64,000 bases of DNA. Source: Eledone cirrhosa. Taxonomy: Eukaryota. This document shows positions 52,642-63,790 of the stretch, piece by piece. The DNA is taken from the NCBI GenBank assembly GCA_964016885.1, contig OZ024759.1, forward strand, positions 12,462,001 to 12,526,000. The letters are read 5' to 3'. The notes beneath the pieces were generated by a model, which was given only the letters and a program-made list of their open reading frames with translations, was not told where the DNA came from and ran no database searches. Position numbers and translations under genes: made by a program. Numbering within the stretch: position 1 is the stretch's first letter; the number at the start of each line of letters is the position of its first letter.

Positions 52642-52794
52642 AGGTAGTGATGTCTCAGATACGCATTCAAACACCGGTGGATATAAAATTGGATAAACAC
52701 CATTGCATAGATTGTTGTACCAAGGAGAAACGATATAACAATGCTATAATACTGACCAAGGACTCAAGTAACAACACACATCTCAACAATGGAG
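52642..52794 (+). CDS. Candidate first coding exon of an unidentified plus-strand gene
   Basis: Acceptor ttgttgcag, ATG at 52650, open frame MSQIRIQTPVDIKLDKHHCIDCCTKEKRYNNAIILTKDSSNNTHLNNG, consensus donor GAG/gtaagt; unique island among repeats. Confidence 0.6.
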
Positions 52795-52840
52795 GTAAGT
52801 GACTGGCTTATTTGGCTTTCATTTCATTCTTGTGTTGTTT

Positions 52841-54293
52841 TACATTCTTTTACTGGTTTCAAACATTAGACTGTGGCCATGCTGGAGTACTACATTCTTT
52901 TATTGGTTTCAGTATTTAGACTGTGGCCATGCTGGAGTACTACATTCTTTTACTGGTTTCAAACATTAGACTGTGGCCATGCTGGAGTACAACCTTCTTT
53001 TACTGGTTTCAAACATTAGACTGTGGCCATGCTGGAGTACAACCTTCTTTTACTGGTTTCAACCATTAGACTGTGGCCATGCTGGAGTACTACATTCTTT
53101 TACTGGTTTCAGTATTTAGACTGTGGCCATGCTGGAGTACTACATTCTTTTACTGGTTTCAAACATTAGACTGTGGCCATGCTGGAGTACTACATTCTTT
53201 TACTGGTTTCAGTATTTAGACTGTGGCCATGCTGGAGTACTACATTCTTTTACTGGTTTCAAATATTAGACTGTGGCCATGCTGGAGTACTACATTCTTT
53301 TACTGGTTTCAAACATTAGACTGTGGCCATGCTGGAGTACTACATTCTTTTACTGGTTTCAAACATTAGACTGTGGCCATGCTGGAGTACTACATTCTTT
53401 TACTGGTTTCAAATATTAGACTGTGGCCATGCTGGAGTACAACCTTCTTTTACTGGTTTCAAACATTAGACTGTGGCCATGCTGGAGTACAACCTTCTTT
53501 TACTGGTTTCAAACATTAGACTGTGGCCATGCTGGAGTACTACATTCTTTTACTGGTTTCAGTATTTAGACTGTGGCCATGCTGGAGTACTACATTCTTT
53601 TACTGGTTTCAAACATTAGACTGTGGCCATGCTGGAGTACAACCTTCTTTTACTGGTTTCAAACATTAGACTGTGGCCATGCTGGAGTACTACATTCTTT
53701 TACTGGTTTCAGTATTTAGACTGTGGCCATGCTGGAGTACTACATTCTTTTACTGGTTTCAAACATTAGACTGTGGCCATGCTGGAGTACAACCTTCTTT
53801 TACTGGTTTCAAACATTAGACTGTGGCCATGCTGGAGTACTACATTCTTTTACTGGTTTCAGTATTTAGACTGTGGCCATGCTGGAGTACTACATTCTTT
53901 TACTGGTTTCAAACATTAGACTGTGGCCATGCTGGAGTACTACATTCTTTTACTGGTTTCAGTATTTAGACTGTGGCCATGCTGGAGTACTACATTCTTT
54001 TACTGGTTTCAAACATTAGACTGTGGCCATGTGGGAGTACTACATTCTTTTACTGGCTTCAAATATTAAGCTGTGGCCATGCTGGAGTACTACATTCTTT
54101 TACTGGCTTCAAACATTAGACTGTGGCCATGCTGGAGTACTACATTCTTTTACTGGCTTCAAACATTAGACTTTGGCCATGCTGGGGTACTACATTCTTT
54201 TACTGGCTTCAAACATTAGACTTTGGTCATGCTGGGGTACTACATTCTTTTACTGGCTTCAAACATTAGACTTTGGCCATGCTGGAGTACTAC
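52841..54293. repeat. 50-bp minisatellite (~29 copies)
   Basis: Unit TACATTCTTTTACTGGTTTCAAACATTAGACTGTGGCCATGCTGGAGTAC; abuts a SINE at 54294. Confidence 0.95.
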
Positions 54294-54615
54294 ATGGGTA
54301 CAAGCTGAAGCATATAGACAATATGCCCCCACACCCTCCCACCGCAAGGTGGTCGTGGAGGTGCCAGGGCAAAAAAGCACCCAGCCCACACTGTAAAGTG
54401 GACGTGTAGGCGCCACGAAAAAGCACCCAGCACTCACTGTAAATGAGGTTGGTGTTAGGAAGGGCATCCAGCTGTAGAAATCAAGCCAGAATCAGTTCCC
54501 GTATGAGCAAGGCATGGTCAGCCGACCGGACACTGCCCACAACAAGACAACCCGTCTAACCCATGCTAGCGTGGAAGAACGGACGTAAAACGGTGATGAT
54601 GATGATGATGATGAT
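54294..54615 (+). mobile_element. SINE-A-related element
   Basis: Matches 34331-34655; (GAT)n tail. Confidence 0.8.
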
Positions 54616-54892
54616 ATATGTATATATATATATGTATATAGATGTGTATATATATATATGTATATATATGTATATATATATATGTATATAGATGTGTTTT
54701 ATATATATATATCTGCGATCTAACTTACTCGGTCCTCAATGTTGCCATTGACTGACCGGCGGTCAAAAATAAAATAATACAGATACAATATAGACAAACA
54801 CATATATATATAGTTTACATAAATCTTTCGTTGCACATCTGCAACATCGTCAGTGGTGTTATATTCATTGTTCCTCCTGTTGTGTTGTATGA

Positions 54893-56752
54893 CCACCAAC
54901 AAGACCTGTATGCGGAGCTAATATAGCTAGCAACTACAGGATCTCCTACTTCCTCTCAATGGTTATACGCCCCATAATCAAGATGTCCCCAGATGTATGT
55001 GAAAGTACAGAGGACCTCCTCAGCAGAATCAGTGAGTGCAACAAAAACAGGAGCCTATCCAACTGCATAATAGGCAGCATGGATGTGGTGTCACTGTACC
55101 CATCCATTAACATTGATTTTGCTGTGAAAAGATGTGTGGAGATGATCATTGAGAGTGAGGTGGAGTTCTGCGACGTCGACACAGACGAACTGGGCCTCCT
55201 ACTTAGACTTACCTACGACACTGACTACCTAGACAGCCATGACCTTAGATGTTTCTGCCCTAGTAGACCTATAAGAGGTAGACCCCCCACCATAACCTCA
55301 ATGGCTAAAAAGACTCCCATAGGAAGGTGGATTGGGTGGACCAAAGCTATACGGACCCCCCAAAACACTGATCAGGTAAGAAAAATGGTCGCACATGCAA
55401 TAGGGGCTAGTATCAAAACTACCCTAAAGGGCCACATATTTAAGTTCAATGAGAAAATCTACACCCAAAATGAGGGAGCAGCCATCGGCGTCAGCATAGC
55501 TGGCGATGTTGCCAACCTTTTCATGGTATGGTGGGAAAGGAGACTTAAAGATCTCCTTAATGAAAGCTCCATAGACCTCATCATGTACTCTCGTTATGTA
55601 GACGATATCAATATAGTTATAAGAACACCCCCACTAGAGAGCACTAACAAGTTTGATTTAGAACGTAGCACGATGGAAAGCATCCAGCAGATAGCTAATT
55701 CCATACACCAGAGTATAACTGTAACTATAGACTTCCCTTCCAAACACCCTAACAATAGACTACCTGTATTAGACACAGAACTCTGGATTAACACTATAGA
55801 CGAGAGAGCCCAAATTCTCCACTCACACTATGCTAAACCCATGGCCTCCAAATACCTGATACTCAAAAACTCAGCAATGTCCAGTAGTGCTAAGTTTAAT
55901 ATTCTGATCGCAGATTTGGTACGAGTGATGAAGAATGTGTCCAGCATGTGCGACCCAACAGAAATGGAAGGACACATCCAACACTTCATCAACCGCATGC
56001 AGTTCTCTGGCTACAACCAAAGAGACAGAGTCAGAGTATACGAAGGAGCCATGGAAAAGTATAAGACCCTCATAGAACTGGACATGAAAGGAATTTGCCC
56101 ACTATACAGGAGCAAATCATGGAATAGCTTAGATAGGGCTAGACATAAGATAGGGAAGGCCACATCATGGTACGACAACCAGAGATATCAGAGTGTCATG
56201 TTTGTGGACGCCACCCCAGGAGGGAAATTAGCTAACCAGTGTAGAAAGGCCCTGAGAAAGACCCACTTAAAAATAAAGGTGGTAGAAAAGCCAGGAACCA
56301 CCATAAAATCCCTGATCAGCAAAACCTACCCTTTTAAGAAAACCCACTGTACCAATAGGAAATGTATCATATGTAAGGTGAACCCCCGGATAAACTGTAA
56401 AACTAGAAACGTAGTCTATAGCATAAGATGTACAGAGGGTACTTGTAGAAACACGACAACAACATACATAGGTGAGACAGCTCGTAGCATAGGTGAAAGG
56501 ATAGACCAACACTGGGGGGAACTAAAAGGACGAAAAAACGGGTCAGTACTATACGAACATGCTAGACAACATCATGACGGTAACATAGACAACATAGAAA
56601 TTAGAATAATATCTAAACATAGGAATGACCCAGCAGATAGGCAAATCAGAGAGGCCAGTGAAATAGAAATTAGAAGACCAAAGCTAAACAGAAAGAATGA
56701 GTGGAACAACAACAACACCCAAACAAACAACACTGACCTAAGAGAAGTATAA
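54893..56752 (+). CDS. PLE reverse transcriptase plus GIY-YIG endonuclease (N-terminally truncated, otherwise open)
   Basis: Frame open from PPTRPVCGAN; SMDVVSLYPSI, QNEGAAIG, RYVDD, LPVLD, CX4CXXC linker, VVY...YIGET, REA. Confidence 0.92.
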   Translation, partial: PPTRPVCGANIASNYRISYFLSMVIRPIIKMSPDVCESTEDLLSRISECNKNRSLSNCIIGSMDVVSLYPSINIDFAVKRCVEMIIESEVEFCDVDTDELGLLLRLTYDTDYLDSHDLRCFCPSRPIRGRPPTITSMAKKTPIGRWIGWTKAIRTPQNTDQVRKMVAHAIGASIKTTLKGHIFKFNEKIYTQNEGAAIGVSIAGDVANLFMVWWERRLKDLLNESSIDLIMYSRYVDDINIVIRTPPLESTNKFDLERSTMESIQQIANSIHQSITVTIDFPSKHPNNRLPVLDTELWINTIDERAQILHSHYAKPMASKYLILKNSAMSSSAKFNILIADLVRVMKNVSSMCDPTEMEGHIQHFINRMQFSGYNQRDRVRVYEGAMEKYKTLIELDMKGICPLYRSKSWNSLDRARHKIGKATSWYDNQRYQSVMFVDATPGGKLANQCRKALRKTHLKIKVVEKPGTTIKSLISKTYPFKKTHCTNRKCIICKVNPRINCKTRNVVYSIRCTEGTCRNTTTTYIGETARSIGERIDQHWGELKGRKNGSVLYEHARQHHDGNIDNIEIRIISKHRNDPADRQIREASEIEIRRPKLNRKNEWNNNNTQTNNTDLREV

Positions 56753-57009
56753 ATAAATAAATAAGTAAATTAAATAAAATAAAATAAGATAAATAAATAC
56801 ATACACAAGCACATAAACACACACTAGTCACCCAGCAGACACAACACTATACACACTAGTCACACATCACACACGCAAACGCATGCGCAAAGAAGACAAA
56901 ATAAAATAAGATAAACAAACAAGCAAACAAATAAATAAATATATAGACGGACTGAACAAAAAAATGGCGTAGACATACAACACAACAGGAGGAACAATGA
57001 ATATAACAC

Positions 57010-57047
57010 CACTGACGATGTTGCAGATGTGCAACGAAAGATTTATG
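57010..57047 (+). ncRNA. Minimal hammerhead motif in the PLE 3' pLTR (mirror at 54818-54855)
   Basis: ca CUGACGA uguugc agaugu gcaac GAAA GAUU UA ug; same architecture as 41089, 34818 and 29875; stem I is only 2 bp. Confidence 0.6.
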
Positions 57048-57285
57048 TAAACTATATATATATGTGTTTGTCTATATTGTATCTGTATTATTTTATTTTT
57101 GACCGCCGGTCAGTCAATGGCAACATTGAGGACCGAGTAAGTTAGATCGCAGATATATATATATAAAAGACAGCGAGAAGCGAAAACCAACCAAACAGTG
57201 AGTGTGTTCTGTTATTAATTCTGGCAATATTACGCAAATATGACCCTCCCCAAATATAACAATATCTGTTTCGACACACGATTTC

Positions 57286-57936
57286 ATATATAGATGTGTA
57301 TATATATATATGTATATATATATATACATTTTTATGTATCTATATATATGTATATATATATATATTTATGTATCTATATATATGTATATATATATATATA
57401 CATATTTATGTATCTATATATATGTATATATATATATATATTTATGTATATATATGTATATATATATGTATATATATGTATATATATATACATATTTATG
57501 TATCTATATATATGTATATATATATGTATATATATGTATATATATATATATGTATCTATATATATGTATATATGTATATATATATATGTATATATATGTA
57601 TATATATGTATATATATATATGTATATATATGTATATATATGTATATATATATATGTATATATATGTATATATACATATGTATGTATATATATATATGTA
57701 TATATACATATTTATGTATATATATATACATATATATATATACATATGTATATATATACATATTTATGTATATATATATACGTATATATATACATATTTA
57801 TGTATATATATATATACATATATATACATATTTATGTATATATATGTATATACATATATATACATATTTATGTATATTTATGTATATATATACATATTTA
57901 TGTATCTATATATATACATATTTATGTATATATATG

Positions 57937-57989
<53 letters not shown>

Positions 57990-57998
57990 TTATGTATA

Positions 57999-58052
<54 letters not shown>

Positions 58053-58072
58053 TACATACATATTTATATATA
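57286..58072. repeat. (TA)n-based compound microsatellite
   Basis: Direct inspection. Confidence 0.95.
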
Positions 58073-58143
58073 AACAAGGTTTAGCAAATAATGAAAAAGT
58101 TTCAAAATAAATTTTAAAAAATTGACTTTACCTACTATAGTTA

Positions 58144-58224
58144 CCTTTACCGATCGGTTTCGAATCCCAAAAATAAACGGAGACCATACGGCCTTCGTTG
58201 CAAAGAAAGATTCTCGTCAGAAGG
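58144..58224 (-). ncRNA. Type-I hammerhead ribozyme motif
   Basis: ccuu CUGACGA GAAUC-long loop-GAUUC GAAA CCGAUCGG UA aagg; all core bases intact, GUA triplet, palindromic ACCGAUCGGU. Confidence 0.85.
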
Positions 58225-58644
58225 TTCTTTTCATTCGAAGAATATAAAATTCTTGAATTTAAATTACGAACTAGCGCTATTCAAAACTGTTCCTGAGATG
58301 AGAGTGAATGAAGTGGAATCAATTTTTTCAAGGGCCGAAGTAAAGATAGAGGCAGAGGGAGGTAGGTCAAACCGGCCGCAACTATCACTAGCAGCAGTCG
58401 GAACGACCCAATTTGTCTCTCAACAATAGAGGAGAGTAGTAATAATAGGATATGTGTTCCTTCACGCACAAGGCGCTAAGGGACGCATGTATTGTCCAAC
58501 CAAATGCCAATGTGGTTCAATGGCAAGTTAATAAATTAACGAGCCAGAACATATATAAACAAGGTTTAGCAAATAATGAAAAAGTTTCAAAATATATATA
58601 TATACGAGTTAGTAAACGAATAATTAAGCTTAGATTAGTTGTAG

Positions 58645-58863
58645 GCAGGAGACTAGTTGCAGACAGTTGAAGGAAGACGTGGTAGAGGTAGACCACGAAA
58701 AACATGGGCGGAGGTGGTGAGAACAGACCTCAGATCGCTGAAGGTCACGGTGGAGATGATGAAGGACCGTGAGAAGTGGAGAGATGCTGTGCTGAATAAG
58801 ACCCGTCCCACCCTTGCAAGCAGGGAAGAACGGACGTAAAATTATGATGATGATGATGATGAT
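58645..58863 (+). mobile_element. RTE LINE 3' end with (GAT)n tail
   Basis: VEGRRGRGRPRKTWAEVVRTDL...DREKWR; 3' UTR shared with SINE-A. Confidence 0.85.
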
Positions 58864-58910
58864 ACAATGATATTAAATAAATGTAAACCATATTCAGAAA
58901 ACCATATTTA

Positions 58911-58967
58911 TTCTATTATATATATTTCAAGGGTACCAAAACTTTGGTACGCTCTCATCAGAAAAAA
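58911..58967 (-). ncRNA. Hammerhead motif (family of 21922), weakened stem I
   Basis: CUGAUGA GAGCGUACCAAA gu UUUGGUACCCUU GAAA UAUAUA UA auagaa. Confidence 0.6.
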
Positions 58968-59239
58968 TACAAAGTTTGTTTTATAAATGTTGACATAACC
59001 GAGAACAGATACCTTAATGGTTCCAGTTTTTCTTGACTATCCAAGAAAAACTGGAACTGTTAAGGTATTTGTTGAAATATATATAATAGAATAAATATGG
59101 TTTTATAAATATAGTTTCCTACTACAGTCAGCAGGCATCTCTAACAAAACACACTCCCGTCCCACCACCCCCACCCCATCCACACCGCCCCTTTCAATGT
59201 AAAGTTATGTTGGTACCACAACATCCAGGCCGAAACATG

Positions 59240-59604
59240 AGATTGTGTAGGTGTCATGACAAAAAAAACACACAGTCCACGCTGTAATGTGGCCGTGTAG
59301 GCAACACGGTAAAAACCTCCCAGCCCCACACTGTAAATGTGGTTGGTGTTAGGAAGGGCATCCAACTGTAGAAAACCCGCCAGACAGTCCACGCTGTAAT
59401 GTGGCCGTGTAGGCAACACGGTAAAAACCTACCAGCCCCACACTGTAAACGTGGTTGGTGTTAGGAAGGGCATCCAGCTGTAGAAAACCCGCCAGACAGT
59501 CCTATGCGAGCCAGACAACCACTCTTGCCTCAAGTGGGAAAACTGCCGTCCAAACCCATGCAAGCGTGGAACATGGACGTTAAACGATGATGATGATGAT
59601 GATG
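59240..59604 (+). mobile_element. SINE-A-related element with an internal ~112-bp duplication
   Basis: ACAGTCCACGCTGTAATGTGGCC...GCCAG present twice, then (GAT)n tail. Confidence 0.75.
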
Positions 59605-59980
59605 AGCTTCCATTTATTTAATATCATTGAATATTATACTCCAGAAAACCCGTCGAGTGCTCTGAATCAGTTATAAACATTTATTTGTTGAATTACCAAC
59701 AAATTGAATATCCCTTTTGCTTGTATATATACATATTATTCAATATTGTATAGATGAAACTCCGTGTAGGATGTAAAGTTTGTTTAAATGCATTGCCTTC
59801 TTCTCCATTCATTCTGATTGAACTTGCTCTCCTTACCTTCTGTGCTTAACTCTCATTAAATATTAACATTTCTATAATACTTAACACTGCACCTCAGCTA
59901 TTGGCGTCCAGTATACTGTATCACAGTTTTGTTCTCTCCTCCACTCTTATGATACGTCTCTTCTTTAATATATATATATT

Positions 59981-60290
59981 TGTGGTTAGAGCATTGGCCT
60001 TGCAATCGAAAGGTTGTGAGTTCAATTCTCAGACCGGGTGATGTGTTGTTTTCTTGAGCAAGATTCTTTATTTGACATTGCTCCAGTTTACTCAGCTGTA
60101 GAAATGAGATGATAGGGACGGGGGTCCCTATCATTCCACTGCAAAGTGGTCATGGAGGTGCCACGGCAAAAAAGCACCCAGCACTCACTGTAAATGAGGT
60201 TGGTGTTAGGAAGGGCATCCAGCTGTAGAAATCAAGCCAGCATCAGTTCCCGTCCCACCCTTGCAAGCAGGGAAAAAGCGGACGTAAAAT
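59981..60290 (+). mobile_element. tRNA-derived SINE family A
   Basis: Near-identical to 20515-20820. Confidence 0.85.
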
Positions 60291-60451
60291 AAAATGAAAT
60301 GAAATGAAAATAAACACAAGCAGAAATACCTGAAAAGTGAAAAATACATTTCTCACCTGTATACCTGTGTAAAGTATGAACTCACACTGACATATTGGAT
60401 TTGATATAATTCAACAATATATATTTTCTACAGGTAGATATTATGCATATA

Positions 60452-61693
60452 CAGGGTGCAGACGATATTTGTTCGCAAGATTACTGTCTAGGAAAAAATA
60501 ACACAGTAGTTTCATTTTTTAAGATATATTTATCAAACTTGGGTCAGTTTGTCTTCATGACTTGTTCTTTCGATCTCACTCGATAAACCCACCATTGGCT
60601 TTGATGACGGCCTCGGAACCAGCTACAGGTCCCTAAAGGCACTTGTGATCCTGGCCTTCAGATCGTCTTTCGTATTGCAGCTAGACCTGTTGGTGTCTCG
60701 TTCCACTGCGCCCCACACAAAGAAGTCGAGGGGGTTGCAGTCAGGCGAGCTGGGAGGCCAGATGTCAGGTGAAGTGTGGTCGACGAAGTTCTCTGACAGC
60801 CAGGCTTGGGTCTTTCGGCTGGTACGGCAGGGCTCTGAGTCTTGCTGTCACACGTACGGCCTACCTGCAGCTACCTGGTCGATCCAGGGCTTTACTACCT
60901 CGCTCAGAACGTGGATGTAGCCATCGGTGTTCAGCTTGAGGCCTTTGGAAGAAGTGAGGTGGCATGTCGTCACCTTGACTGCTGACGACACTTAAGACCA
61001 ATGTTGTCGCTGGAAACTTTGTCTGCATGACTCTGGGCACATCTTTGGATAAGACAGCGAGCTACCTGTTGTTCTGGGAGTTGATCTTCTGGTCTTGGCA
61101 GAAGTTTTTCTCGTCGGAGAAAAACCACAGCATGTCTGGCTCCAGTGGGTGTTTCAACTTGTTGATCAGCTTCTTTGCTTGCATCGCCTTTGACAGAAAT
61201 TGTCCTTTCCTCATCTTGTATGAAACGTAGCTAATGTCTTCATGTACCACCAGCCTAATGAGCTTTTCATCCACGCCTTTCTCCCTTGCAATGGCACGCA
61301 TCGAGTTGCTAGGTTCATTGTTGATCTCCTGAACTTCAGCAACGAACTCGGGCGTTCTGAGGGCGTCAGATCGCCGATCATGTGTTTTGCTCTCTGATGT
61401 TGCTTCGTAGTCGAATCTTGAATCTTCCGATTCCTTTGTAATCTTTTCCACCATTCTGACGCTGAGAAAGTTTTAAATTTCCTTATTTGTCCTCCTGGCG
61501 CGGATTCCAAGAAGAACTCCGTGTCTCTTCCACAAATTTGGAGGTTCAAAATTATTCATAATCAATTATTCTGAAAATAAATAATGGAAATATAGTCACT
61601 GTTTTTATGAAAACAAGAGTGACAACGGAAGTAAAAAAAAATTTGCATAAAATTAGCAGTTGAAAATTGCGAACAAATATCGTCTGCACCCTG
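60452..61693 (-). mobile_element. Tc1/mariner-superfamily DD37D (maT) transposon, full length, transposase disrupted
   Basis: 27-bp perfect TIRs CAGGGTGCAGACGATATTTGTTCGCAA with TA flanks; WFFSDEKNF; QQD-(37 aa)-D ending WPPSSPDCNPLD; stops and frameshifts. Confidence 0.92.
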
Positions 61694-62154
61694 TATATAT
61701 ATATATATAAACACCTGAAAAGTGAAAAATACATTTCTCACCTGTACACCTGTGTAAGGTATGAACTCACACTGATATAATTCAACAATATATATTTTCT
61801 ACAGGTAGATATTATTCATATATATATATATGAACACTGTAAACATGGTTGGTGTTCGGAAGGGAATCTAGCTGTAAAAAAAAAAACCTGGCCAAATTTA
61901 CAGTCCTGTTGAAGCAAGGTATGGTGTCGCCACTCCTGACCAGACTTGTCTTTTGATGTGGCTGAACCATTTGACCCATGCAAGCATGGGAAAATGGACG
62001 TAAAATGGTGATGATGATGATGATGTATATAAATGAATAAAAATAACCAGGATTAAATTAAATTAAATCATTTAATTGATTAACGAATATTCCTGTTATA
62101 TTGATCTCCTTATATATTTTTATTTATTTATATAAACTCTGTGATATTGTTGAG

Positions 62155-62400
62155 GCATGTGGCTTAGTGGTGAGGGTGTTGTGGGTTCGATTCCTGGGTT
62201 GCATGTTGTGTTCTTGAGCAAAAACACTTTATTCCACATTGCTCCAGTATATTCAGCAGAAAATGAGTACCAGTAATAGCTGGGGGTTTAATCCTACGAT
62301 GGACCAATGTCAGTCCAGGGGGAAGTCTTGTATTCTCAGTTGCTTTATGCCATGAAACCGGGTTAAGCACCAACCTACCGAGCCTTCTGGCTTAAGACAG
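62155..62400 (+). mobile_element. tRNA-headed SINE, diverged
   Basis: TGGCTTAGTGG...GGTTCGATTCC...CTTGAGCAAAAACACTTTATT. Confidence 0.65.
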
Positions 62401-62439
62401 ACTTTAGATATTGTAAAACTACTGCGATTGGATCATTGA

Positions 62440-63188
62440 TTAACCCTTTAGTATTTCAAACCAGCCATAATCGACTGCTCATACTTGTTTTCAAAATAAA
62501 TAATATCAAAATCTCATAGATTCAATAATATGTGAGATATTATGTGAGGTAAAGCCTTTACTGTGAAAATACAATAGTATATATAGAGTAATGTCAATGT
62601 TATGTGAGGTAAAGTCTTTACTGTGACAATACAATAGTATATATAGAGTAATGTCAATGTTGTGAGGTAAAGCCTTTACTGTGAAAATACAATAGTATAT
62701 ATAGAGTAATGTCAATGTTGTGAGGTAAAGCCTTTACCATGAAAATACAATAGTATATATAGAGTAATGTCAATGTTGTGAGGTAAAGCCTTTACCATGA
62801 AAATACAATAGTATATATAGAGTAATGTCAATGTTGTGAGGTAAAGCCTTTACCATGAAAATACAATAGTATATATAGAGTAATGTCAATGTTGTGAGGT
62901 AAAGCCTTTACCATGAAAATACAATAGTATATATAGAGTAATGTCAATGTTGTGAGGTAAAGCCTTTACCATGAAAATACAATAGTATATATAGAGTAAT
63001 GTCAATGTTATGTGAGGTAAAGCCTTTACCATGAAAATACAATAGTATATATAGAGTAATGTCAATGTTATGTGAGGTAAAGCCTTTACCATGAAAATAC
63101 AATAGTATATATAGAGTAATGTCAATGTTATGTGAGGTAAAGCCTTTCCTGTGAAAATATAATAGTAATGTAAATGCTAAAGGGTTAA
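62440..63188 (+). mobile_element. piggyBac-like MITE with its right part amplified as a 58/60-bp array (~10 copies)
   Basis: TTAA-CCCTTTAG...GCTAAAGGG-TTAA; unit TGTGAGGTAAAGCCTTTACCATGAAAATACAATAGTATATATAGAGTAATGTCAATGT. Confidence 0.88.
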
Positions 63189-63481
63189 CCTCTGAACTGT
63201 CTTACCTATCTTGATGTGGACTATAAAATTTGAGCTTTGAAATATTCTTTGACTTTATCATCATTTAATATCCGTTTTTATGCCAGCATGGGCTGGGCAC
63301 ATTTTCACCTGCCCTAGTACATGGGCTGTGATTATGCTGGGATATATATATATGTGTGTATATATATATATATATGTATATGTGTGTGTGTGTGTGTGTG
63401 CGTGTACACACACACACTTGTGTGTGTGTGTGTAGTTGACAGACAAGAGTCCTCAATACCCAATACGAGAGTAGAATGTAG

Positions 63482-63631
63482 ATATTCATTTATTATGGCT
63501 AAATAGTGAGTGTGTCTTGTTACTCAGGAGTTTCACCTGCGCACTTGCAGCTCTTGACTAATGAACCTGTGAGTGTGCAGGTGAAACTACACAGTAACTA
63601 GACACACTACTTAACCATAGTAAATGAATAT
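63482..63631. repeat. Palindromic insert with a degenerate hammerhead
   Basis: ATATTCATTTATTATGG / CCATAGTAAATGAATAT; contains CTAATGA ACCTG..CAGGT GAAA CT acac AG TA. Confidence 0.6.
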
Positions 63632-63656
63632 ATAGATATGCCTCTTATATACACAT

Positions 63657-63690
<34 letters not shown>

Positions 63691-63790
63691 CATATACACA
63701 TTGTGTGTGTGTATATATATATATGAAAGGGAACCACGTTAAATTAGATACTCGGTACATTAGTAGAGAAGGTGTATATATATGTATGTA

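Larger units (their letters stand above)
54711..57154 (+). mobile_element. Penelope-like retroelement, 5'-truncated, with 181-bp inverted pLTR, inserted in (TA)n
   Basis: 54711-54891 is the reverse complement of 56974-57154; TA repeats on both flanks; internal RT-GIY-YIG ORF. Confidence 0.95.

Noticed and set aside
57294-58110. Tyr/Ile-rich ORFs (also 22.5-26.5 kb)
   Set aside because: Microsatellite translations.
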